From Camelus dromedarius (taxonomy: Eukaryota), in NCBI RefSeq assembly GCF_036321535.1, contig NC_087436.1, forward strand, positions 59,708,001 through 59,772,000: a stretch of 64,000 bases of DNA, in the 5' to 3' direction. Within the stretch, counting starts at the first letter, position 1. Every line of letters starts with the position of its first letter. This document shows positions 24,721 through 35,249 of this stretch, in pieces. Below the pieces are notes generated by a model. The model was not told the DNA's origin, did no database searches, and saw only the letters and a list, made by a program, of their open reading frames with translations. Position numbers and translations under genes: made by a program.

Positions 24721-26662
24721 TAGGAATGTGGTAGGAGAGGACAGCAGGGCAGAGATTAGAAAACACAATAAAGTATAATAATTGATAATGTATTTTGCTA
24801 CTCTGCCTAAATAACTGACCTCCTGTAACTCATATTAACTCAGTTTTAAAGTAGCATGCTATCTCCAACACCTGGTAGCTAGTGAAATAAATCAATGCAG
24901 GCGTATAATCATCTAAACAAGACCATAAGAGGATCTGTTTTTCAAACATTGAAAACAAATTCAATAAAAACACAACTCTAATTCTTTATTATTTAGTTTA
25001 AAATAATTGAAAAATATTTTATAAATCATTTCAGTATGAATAATTGCTAGATGATGCAATAAATTTTTTTTTTAGAAACATTCAATTAAAAACATCTAGA
25101 TTTGACTATAAAGTCACTGATTTAAGAGATGAACATTCCATTGATTTACAACAACTGTGCTTTCTTACTAAATATTGTTTTCATGGAAATAAAAAAATTT
25201 TAAGAAGGCCTAATAGGTGTTCAAAGGGTGCGCACAGTATCTTAGAAATGTATCTTTTATCATATAAATCAAATCAGGAAACCCAAGCATTATCCCTTTA
25301 CACAATGGTATACTATCTATGAATTTCAAGCAATTAAAAAGATCAGCATAATCTTTTCATTTGCAAGTGTTACTCTTAGGAAATCTTAAAACTTCTTACT
25401 AATCTCCATCACTCAAGATAATAGCAGTACTTTATATTTTTATATGGACTTAAACATTGATAAAGCACTTTTACGTACAGAATTTTTTTTTGCTGTCAGA
25501 ATCTTTTTTGACCAGTTATTGAACATTTCTAGGCTAAGTAGGGCTTTAAGAATAGAAATGAAGCAGAGAAAACAATTGTAGCAAAGGTCAAACAAAAGGA
25601 AACCATTAATAATAATACCAAGACCCTTAAATTGTGTTCATTAGCTTCTCCACAGAATTCATTGTATTTTGATGATTTTTGTAATAGTTAAAAACATTAG
25701 CCTCCACTAAGAAATTTGCTAAGATGTTACAACAGTTCCATGAGACTACGTGCTTGTCTTTTCCAAGTTGTTAGAGTCCTTTTAGATTCACCTTCTTCTA
25801 TTAATAAGAAAAAAATTGGGTTGTATAACTCTTCTAACATAATGTTCTACATCTTACTCAATTTTTCTATACAGTAAGTGGAAAGAGCATATTAACCTAA
25901 GTCATAATCCCTACAGAAGATACTTACACAAAGTTTTCACTTTTCTGTTCTTTATTTCATACAGTTATTTGGTGAAAATTGGAAACAACAAACATTTGTG
26001 TTTCATTTTCTAAAGCCTTCTTAAAATGATAGTATTTTGCAGGTAGAAGGATGAAAATCAAATTTCTCAGTGTCATAGAATGAGTTAGTAGCCATAGCAA
26101 ATTAGTTGCCTGATCTCCTAAACCCATGGGTTTCACCACCATCAATTAGGAAATATACTTAAGGCATAAATATCTTTAAAACCTCATCAACAATGAACTT
26201 CTCAATACAGAATGTCAACAAGTGATAGAGTAATACTAATTTGTCCCTTTGTACTTGCTTGATACAAAATTCTTGAAGAAATAAATATCTTTAAGAGGTC
26301 TTGAGATTATCTGAAGTCAGCACTTTTTTTTTCTCACAGAAGACAGGCACACTTGTCACATTATAGTTGTATTTCTTAAACAGGGAAAGCAACCTAGTGA
26401 TCCTTCCCACAATGCAGAATATACAAGAAAAAAAATTAATGGTTAAAAACACCCTTTTAAAAGTCCCTCTCTGTTGTGAAGTCACGTTTACTTGCTTTTC
26501 ATGAAGTTTTAGGTAAGAAGGAGGGGACATCTTACCTCCCAACATCCTGAATAAAATAAGAATTATGTTTGAGCATAACTATAAACTTTAGTTTCTGGGA
26601 AGGAAAAGCAACCAAAGACATCAAATGCATCTCCTTCCTCACCTATAAGTATGTAATACAGC

Positions 26663-27420
26663 TGTTTTATTTGTTTGGTAGAGTCACAGACACAGAAAAC
26701 AAACTTATGGCTACCAGGAGGGAAGAGGGTGGGAAGGGATAAATTGGGAGTTCAAGATTTGCAGATGTTAACTACTATATGTAAAATAGATAAAACAACA
26801 AGTTTATACTGTCTAGCACAGGAAACTATATTCAGTATCTTGTGGTAACCCATAATGAAAAAGAATATGAAAACAAATATATGTACGTATATGTATGACT
26901 GAACTATTATGCTGTACACCAGAAATTGACACAACATTGTAAACTGACTATACGTCAATTTAAAAAAAATAAAGGTAGAATAAAATCCTATCTTGACTTA
27001 GTTTTGAGACTCTGGCTAGAGGCCAATTAGTTCTTCTTCTCCAATGGCTGATCAAGTCCACATTCCAAACACTTTCTTTATGGGGCCCTCACACTCCAGG
27101 GCCGTTATGCACCAGCCCCATCAGGCCAGGTACCAGGCAAATACAGACAGCCTCTCTGCCCCAGAGCTCTTAAAATTATTTGAATTAGCCAGTCCTCAGA
27201 AAGTGCTGGAAACTGAGCTAATCCCATTCTACTAGCCATATGTAAACTGCCCTCTGTAGCTCTGATTTACTGTTACTTTGTCCCCAGGGGGCAATCTCCT
27301 GCATGACCCTGCCTGGCAGTCTTCTCTTATTTGGAGATATAAGTAAAAAGGGTTCTTTCATATTTAAATGTCAGTGTGTCAGCTCCCACCATCTAAAGAA
27401 TCTTTAAATCTCATAAAACC
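26663..27420 (+). mobile_element. ERVL-type LTR (MER74-like) interrupted near its 5' end by a younger L1 fragment
   Basis: tgttttatttgtttggtaga|L1|ataaaatcctatcttgacttag...gggccctcacactccagggcc...gaatctttaaatctcataaaac. Confidence 0.6.
26683..26973 (+). mobile_element. L1 3'-UTR fragment (cetartiodactyl/camelid type)
   Basis: cacagacacagaaaacaaacttatggctaccagg...gggataaattgggagttc...gctgtacaccagaaattgacacaacattgtaaactgactata plus A tail; candidate TSD GGTAGA. Confidence 0.9.
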
Positions 27421-28796
27421 TAGCACTGGCAGGGGCTTGCTGTGGGTAGTGGGCACCCTTCTGCCATCCTCCTGGGACAAGGCAGCTAAGACAGCTCTTG
27501 GACTCTGGTCATTTATGCCACCTTCAGACAGGAGGAAGGACAGTGTAAATAATATTGGGCACTGCTTGGCATTGCATATACATTGTTTGCATAATAGAAG
27601 GAGAGTAAGGCTTTTCTGGTTTTGTATTTTATTAAAGATAGTAAAAACTGAAAAGAGAGACATCCCTAATATCAGCAGATCCAACAAATAGTAATATCCC
27701 ATTTTATGGGGTGCTGAATTGTGACAATGATGAGGAATACAGAAACAGTACTGCTTTAGGAATGTTTTTTCAAGAATTCTGGCATAACTGTAGAATTCTG
27801 GGAAGGAGAAAAAGCAGAGAGATTCAACACTGTGCAGTACAAGGATCAGTGTAAGCAGTGGTTTGAGGCAGCCTGGTAGGTCAGAAAACTAGGCTGCAAA
27901 AAAGCAAGGAACATGAGCTGAAGCTACAGATCACAGCTACAAAACATAAACCAGCGCTAGGAAGTGAGGAAAGGAGTCAAGGTCATGCTTTGTTCTTTTT
28001 TAGAGCACTAATGGATAGTAACAGCATGCACATAGCATCTTCAAGTAGTCATTTTATGCACGTTGTAAAGCAGGAGTCTTTAGGATGGCAAATACAGGAA
28101 TTTGGGAAAAGCAGCTTTTTCAACTTATGAAGTAGATATAATTTTCAATGTTTGCTTATGTACTGAATGCCTGCATACGGTGACCAACTGTGTAATTAAT
28201 TTCCATGACAAAACAAAATTTTTGTTTTCAAGCTCCTGTAAATTAAATTACATTTTCATTTAATTTAAATCTAAAACTGGGAAGTTTGAGAGGGTCATTA
28301 GACAACATGAAACTATCTTAAAAACTATCACCTGATACAGAAGAACACTTACAAATCTAACAATGTTTTTCATGTTACCTCTTAGTGTCACTCAATGGAG
28401 ACAGAGAAGACTTGCATTTGAGTCTTTGCTGTGTTACAATTTAGTTGTGTCATCTTGAAGAAATCAACTACTAATAACAGAACTATAATTTGTTGAAATT
28501 CTGAAATAGTCCCAGATTCTTTGCATACTTCGTCAGTGGAGACCCACAACATTTTTACCAGGAAGGACTTCTTAACCACATTTTTCAGTGTTTTAACAAC
28601 TTTTCTATACTGTGGAACTAGAAAATTATTACTGAAGTAAACCCAAGTCTGCATGAACACAAAACCAGTGTACCTCAGTTCTGAGCTACACTGCTGTTCA
28701 GAGCTTTCTTCATAAAATGGGAATCGTATGTACTGTATAGTTTTTCCAGAATGAGGATCATTCAAGTATAGATGAAGGAAACAACCACAATTAGGC

Positions 28797-29255
28797 TGTC
28801 ATAGATTGAATGTCTAAAACGGTACCCCAAAGTTGTCCTGCCCCTATTTCCAGCATCTGTGAGCATGACAAGATATCACTTCCATGGTTGTATGATGTTC
28901 TGTGGTACAGCTGACATTAAAATGGGGAGATTATCTGATGGGTCCTAGGCTAGTCACAGAGCCCTAATGAGTCACATGGGGCAGAAGTCAGAGAGAGTCA
29001 AAGTGTGAGAGGACCTGCCTCACCATTGCTGCTTTGAAGACAGAGAGGCTCCTGTGAGAAGGGATATGGTGAGGAGGTAAGAGCAGCCTCCCGCCAGGAA
29101 AGGGGACTTCAAACCTCCCACGCCAGCCACAGCAGTGAATTCTTCCAAAAGCTGATGAATGGCTTGGAAGAAACCCCAAGCTCCAGATGAGAATGCAGCT
29201 GACAGACACCTTAATTTCAGCCTTGTCAGACTGACAAAAAACTTCAAAGTGTTTC
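28797..29255 (+). mobile_element. MaLR LTR (MLT1D/E-like), 3' end interrupted
   Basis: tgtcatagattgaatgtctaaa...ggggagattatc...gctgctttgaaga...ccccaagctccagatgagaatgcagct...acaccttaatttcagccttgt. Confidence 0.75.
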
Positions 29256-29274
29256 TTAAGTGACCAAGTCTGTA

Positions 29275-29686
29275 CAGGTATCCCCCACTTTTCCAAAATG
29301 TGCTTTATGCCACTTCACTTTGATGAAAGATCTACATCAGTACATGTTTTGCTAACCAAAAGAGGTCCAAAGAGGATATTTACTTTAAAAAAAGAGAAAA
29401 AAAGGTAAAGACTAAAAATAGCGTTCAGATTTGTTTTTCAGTGAGCTGTTGTAGAGGCAGCTTGCACTCGAGCAGCCAGAGCAGCCCTGCCAAGCTCCTT
29501 CCCCGAGAATTATACTCAGGGTCTCGGCATCAAGCTTTTCAGCTTTCACCCATGATTTATCCCAATTTATTTTGTACATCTGTTGGCAAGATGCGCCCTA
29601 AGGTGATTGCTTCTTTGCTTAATGCCGTTTAGGCTTATGAAAGATTTCATAGGAATGCTCTACTTTTGGATAGTAGGGGAAACCTG
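29275..29686. mobile_element. Non-autonomous Tc1/mariner-pogo (Tigger-type) DNA transposon, 412 bp
   Basis: TA on both sides (29273-29274, 29687-29688). Terminal inverted repeats: caggtatcccccacttttccaaaa versus right-end reverse complement caggtttcccctactatccaaaa. Confidence 0.85.
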
Positions 29687-29724
29687 TATTAATGTGCCAC
29701 ATAGTGACAGAAAAATAACCCCCC

Positions 29725-30035
29725 AAAAAAAGATCTAAAAAAAAGACACAAAGAAACTTATTTACAAAATAGAAACAGACTCACAGACATAGAAAATAAA
29801 CTTATGGTTACCAGTGGGGGAAGGGAGGGAAGAATAAATTGGGAGTTAGGGATTTGTAGAAACTCACTAATATTTATGAAATAGACAACAAGGCCCTCTG
29901 TATAGTACAGGGAACTATATTCAATACTTTGTAGTGATATGTGTGTATAACTGAATCACCATGCTGTACACCAGAAACTAACATTGTAAATTGACTATAA
30001 TTATAACAAAAGAAAGCAAACAAAAAAACAAATAC
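29725..30035 (+). mobile_element. L1 3'-UTR fragment
   Basis: gaaacttatttacaaaatagaaacagactcacagacatagaaaataaacttatggttaccag...gctgtacaccagaaactaacattgtaaattgactata. Confidence 0.9.
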
Positions 30036-30044
30036 ATAGATGCC

Positions 30045-31800
30045 CTAAGGTAGTAGAGTCAGAAAAAGCTTTCCTGAGAATGAAATGTCAAACCAGAAAC
30101 TCAATGGTCAGATGTAATTAATAAATGATAAAAGGAAGGCAAGTGTTTTCTAAGCAAATGCAGGACTGTGAGAATTTCTGGAGGCAGAGAAATCAATTGC
30201 AAGAGTTTGGGGAACACGTATTTCAGTATAATGGTGTGGAGAGCCATACACTGGCAAATAACAATTGAGAACCAAATCATAAAAGTCATTTATGTCATAA
30301 TAATAAATTCAGTTTTATTCAGAGGGCTATGGTGTATCAATAAAGAATTTTAATCCGTGAAAGGGTATAATCAGAATTCAGTTTATGCACCTTACTCTGG
30401 GTACAGTATGGAGAATGGGCTGGATGGGAGAAGACTAGAGATGGTTAGGAGTCTGTTTTACTAATCCAGGTAAGAAATCATTAGAACTTAAACTATGATG
30501 AGGCTGTGGGAGTGGATCTGAGAGCTATTTAGAAAGTGGACTCTACCAGATACATGTGGAGTAGAAGCAAAAAATGAAAGGAGAAAGTCATAGATGATGT
30601 TAGGTTTCTGGCGGGTCTACTCAGTGAACGCAAGTACTGCTCATTTCTATTGAAAACAAATACAATTTGAGGTGGGATGTCAGCCGAGGGGGGCTGAAGA
30701 GGGTTTTGAGGAAGTGAGCTACCCACCTGGAAAAATGCGCGAGGAGCTGACATAGAGCAAAACAGCATTTTATTGCAGTACCAGCAGGTGGCGCACATGG
30801 CGGGCGGCGGCAGCGGCACTCGGCACTTTCTTCTAGTTCAACAAGATGGGGCCGCCATGTGGCGCACTTGTCCTGCTTTTATCTATACTGCCCGCACGTG
30901 CGCATTGTTCATTTCTTGGTCCCTAAGGCTTACATAATGCTACTAGCGCATGCATACCTTTGCTTTTTTTTTTTTGTTTATAAAGCTTATGTAACTGGCG
31001 CATGCATATATTTACTCCTTACCAGGTGCAAGCTATTGTGAACTTTGGCCTGGGCCCCACGGCCTATTCACTTAAGGCTGGGCCCCATGGCCTACTCACT
31101 TAAGGCTGCCAAAATGGGAGAATTTAAGATAAAGAAAAGACAATAAGTTTAATTTTCAGGTTCCTTGTAACATTCAGCTGAGGAATGTTGGCTATGTTAG
31201 CATGGGCTCAGACGAGAGGGGTCTGGTCAGGAAATGAAATCTGGGAATCACCAGTACAATGATGTGGAAAAACAGTAACTGAGAGATGAAAAGAAGCAAC
31301 CGTGAAGAAAACTGAAAATGAACAAGTGGAAAATAAGGAAAGCGTGGAGTCATGGCAGGAAGGAGACGGAAATTGATGATGCTGGACACGGCGAAGATGA
31401 AGTAAAGTAAGGGTTTATCGACAAGTTCAGTCACTGTTGTCTTTGACAAAGCAGTTTCAGGTGGTATGTTACAAGCAGAATCCAGATTACAGTGAGCTGA
31501 GAAGCAAACTGAAGATGAAGGAGAAATAAGGAGTTACCAACTATATACTTGTCAAAATGCAAGCTTCTTCCAAGAAATGAAGTCTGGTAGTTAATAGGAT
31601 TGAGAGAGTGTGTGTGTATTTCAGATGGACAAGCTTGAACAGGTTTAAAGACCAAGAATGATTCAGTAAGATGGGAGAAGTTAGAAGCACAGGTGAAAGA
31701 AGGAATAAATGAGAGAGGAAAATCCTTCAAGCATTCAGGGATAAGATCCAGTCCATAGGAGGAAATGCTAGTTTTCAGGAGGCAGAGAAGTACCCGTGAA
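30045..31800 (-). mobile_element. L2 relic split by the LTR at 30678-31114
   Basis: Purine-rich reverse-L2 text on both sides (gtcagaaaaagctttcctgag...ggttaggagtctgttttactaatccaggtaagaaat...; gtctttgacaaagcagtttcaggtgg...ccagattacagtgagctgag). Confidence 0.65.
30678..31114 (-). mobile_element. Young CpG-rich solo LTR, sense to CCSER1
   Basis: 5-bp TSD TGGGA (30673-30677 / 31115-31119); termini tgtcagcc...ggctgccaaaa; minus-strand TATA-like TATAGATAAAA (~30887-30877) upstream of AATAAA (30774-30769); 28-bp tandem duplication at 31050-31105. Confidence 0.8.
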
Positions 31801-31832
31801 CAGAAGAAAATGAAATAATCTATGTAACAGAC

Positions 31833-32259
31833 TGGTAAGAATTGAAAGTGTCCCCTTAAAATTCATATGTTGAAATACCCCCTAGTACCTCAGGATGTGA
31901 TCTTATTTGAAATAGAGTCATTGCAGATGTAAGGGGTTAAGATGAGAAAATACTGGACTACGGTAGTCCCCTAATCCAATATGTCTAAGTGTCTTTATAA
32001 AAAGGAGAGACTTGGGCACAGATAAATGCACATGAAAAGAACACCATGTGAAGACTGGAGTTATGCTCCAGTGGAACCACAGGTGGCTAGGAGACAGATC
32101 TGGGGCAGATGCTTTGTTAGCGCCTTCAAAGGAGGCACAGTCCTGCCAACATCTTGATCTCAGAATTCTAGCCTCTAGAACGCTGAGACAATAAATGTTT
32201 GTCATTTAAGCTACTCTGTTTGTGGTACTTTGTTTCATCAGTCCTAGGAAACTAATACA
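31833..32259 (+). mobile_element. MaLR LTR (MLT1B/C-like)
   Basis: aaaattcatatgttgaa...agtacctcaggatgtgatcttatttgaaatagagtcattgcagatgtaa...ctaggaaactaataca; near-TSD cagac/cagag. Confidence 0.85.
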
Positions 32260-33019
32260 CAGAGATATTATTTTCAACTGCTAGACTTTCTTACAGATTA
32301 TATGTGAGTAATTGAATTGATATATGATTTTTCAGTAATAAATATGCAAATAAAAAGAATAGAAAAAAGAATACATAAACCATGACCTCTTCTACTATGT
32401 CTCTTACCCACAAAGCTCTTCAAGTGTGATTCTTATTTCTAACAGAGGGTGATTATGTTAATACAGGCTTATTAGCTTATCAAATATAGCAGTTCTTTAT
32501 TCCTTTAAGTTATAAACATAAAGCATTCTTATCTTTGCATAGTTAGTCACTATCTGATTCTTGAACAAGTGAAGAGGCGCAGGTGTATCCTTAGTCTGTA
32601 TGTGTAGCAGTATTTTTGCCTTTATGTCACACTCACCTAATCATTCAAATGAACCCCAGAGCCTCTTGTCCTGGCCTTCTGAGCAGAAGCTAGGGCAGCC
32701 ACCACCATATACTGAGAAGCACTGCCACTTTCCAGCAGCTTGACACTGATCAAAATGTCTAGACAAATCAGCTTCATCAAAGTCAAATTCATTTTGACTG
32801 CTAATCAGCATGTGATGAAGTTTATGGAGACATGAAATTGTTCAAATTCTTTTTCACTTGTCATCAAAATATGGTCAGAAAAATAATCACCTCCAGGCAT
32901 GGGAAAAAATGTAACTAAATGCCCTGATACCCATATCCCATCCTCATCCCATCCCAGCCCTCCTGGTTAAAAGAAAACATACTTGAAGACTGAAAATTAG
33001 CAGCCATACCATAGACACC

Positions 33020-33330
33020 CAGCATTACAATGTGAAGCAACCCAAGTATACAATTGAAGAATTATTATTAAATGATAGTAAATCTACTCAGTGAAATATT
33101 TTGCAGTTAAAAAAATTGATGGTTACAAAGTCTATGTGGTAACAGAAAAAATCCACTTTCTTTGGTAAATGGAATTCTAAGTGAAATATACACAAATCTA
33201 AAAATATGTAAAATTATGACAATCATTTTGTTAACGTTGTGGGGTTTTGTGTGATTTTTAAGTATTTTAATTTCTAAATTTTCATCAATGCGCTTGCAAT
33301 ATTAAAGGTATTATATCCTAGAAAAATACA
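33020..33330 (+). mobile_element. Ancient L1ME-like 3' fragment
   Basis: gaagcaacccaagtatacaattgaaga...tactcagtgaaatattttgcagttaaaaaa...ttctaaattttcatcaatg. Confidence 0.45.
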
Positions 33331-34641
33331 TGTGAATACCAAACTATTTATTCAAGCATACTTAGCAAATCATGAATCTATGGCACATGTGGTACATTGT
33401 GTTCTAAAGATGTTCCAGGGCCAAAAAAAAAAAGTTTGCAACAACCAGAGATCTTTGCGTATCTTGAACTACATTACCTGACACATAGTTTACAGGGATA
33501 ATTTTTACTATTTCTACTCTCTTCTCCTCAGGCAGTTTCTCTGATAAGCTTCAGCTGCTCCCAAGTGTCCTCTGGCCCTTGTTTAGGAGCCACGTGTCCT
33601 GCCTGGCTTCCCTTCTGATTCTGCATCATAAAAACTCTTGAGAATGTATCTAATAGAGAACTCTCCCATCAGAGGGTAAGGAGGAAAAGAACAAATTTAT
33701 TTATATTTTGTAGTAAATAGGCAAAAGTTAACTTTCAAAAACATTGTTTTACATAAATATCCCAGCTCCACACAATTAAAACTCTATGACTATTTACTAG
33801 ACAGCAAAGACATGGAGCAAAAAAGGCTAAATTACAAACACCTGCAGGGAAAGAATGGCATCTTTGAATCCTTTCGCTACTAAGCTCTCTTTACACACAG
33901 AAGAGCAATAAGCACGTTGATAATTAAGCTGAAGAAAGCATATAAAACGGTTCAAAAATGTTATTGTAAATCTACAAAAACTTTAATATTATAAAGAAAA
34001 TAAATGGCAGCTTATGAAAGTGTACAATTTAACACACTGTTTTAAATGGCATTGGACTGGGATTTACTGAGAAAGTAATGTATCGTAAAGGTGAATGGTA
34101 TCTTATTCTGTCAATAATTGTCAAGTTATTTTGCTTGAACACAGAAATTGTAATTGTAATTCATGAGGTCTTTATTCTGAACTTGTCACTTTGAGAGACT
34201 TGTACTTTAATAGTATTATACTATTTTGAAAGCAATAGACCTTTCTGTTCACTTTGACTATAAATTTAAATATGATTTCTGCTCTTCTATTGCTACTTTA
34301 ATTTTGTCCAGCTGTGCAACATCTAACATCATAAGAAGACAGCCAGTCAAGTCACAGGATTATAACGTAATAAAAAGAAAACTATATATTGAAGGAAACC
34401 AATACTGAAGCATACAGGTAGTAAACTAGATAGATAGTTTTCAACATGGGTAAATGAAGATTTTACCTAGATCATCTGGGAAACACTTCAAAGATTTACA
34501 GTCCCCTGCTTTCCCATTTCACCCCTCCAGGTTTATGAGATTCAACTGAAGGTATGAATTTTAACCCATCCTTTTTCATCTTTCTAACCTCACTCTTTGG
34601 TACATACTGTTACTGAAAACCAATTGAATAAAGAAATGATT

Positions 34642-34893
34642 GGGGAGACAGTGGGTGGGAAGGGATACACTGGGAGTTCGAGATTTGTAGATACTGACAG
34701 GTATATATAGAATAGATACACAAGTCTATACTGTATAGCACAGGGAAATACATACAAGATCTTGCAGTAGCTCATGGTGAAAAAGAATATGAAAATGAAT
34801 ATATGTATATTCATGTATGACTGAAAAATTGTGCTGTACACCAGAAATTGACACAACATTGTAAACTGACTATAACTCAGTAAAATTTAAAAA
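34642..34893 (+). mobile_element. Recent L1 3'-end insertion with 12-bp TSD
   Basis: TSD AAAGAAATGATT at 34630-34641 and 34894-34905. Body is closely similar to 26720-26970 (gaaaaagaatatgaaaa...gctgtacaccagaaattgacacaacattgtaaactgactata). Confidence 0.92.
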
Positions 34894-35249
34894 AAAGAAA
34901 TGATTACCAGAATATATAAAATGAGCATATGCATTTATGATAACTGGTATAATTTTGCTATTATAATCACATTGTGCCATAAATTGTCCTCATATGGCAA
35001 ATACTTTTTATTATCCAGGATGATGAAGGAAAACATAGGTTTTCTGTGAATTATTCAGAGTTAGTTGTATACAAAATTATAAGCAGTAGGGGCAAGATTA
35101 AACAGTTGTTCCCTATATTTAGAATACTGATGTAAGCAGAAAGCTTCTCTATCTTTAAACTGGATTAAGTCTCTACCTTTACTAAAACAAATGTAACAAC
35201 AAGCAACATTTTGTGATCCTGACTTCTATTCTTGACTCTCTTCCCCCCT

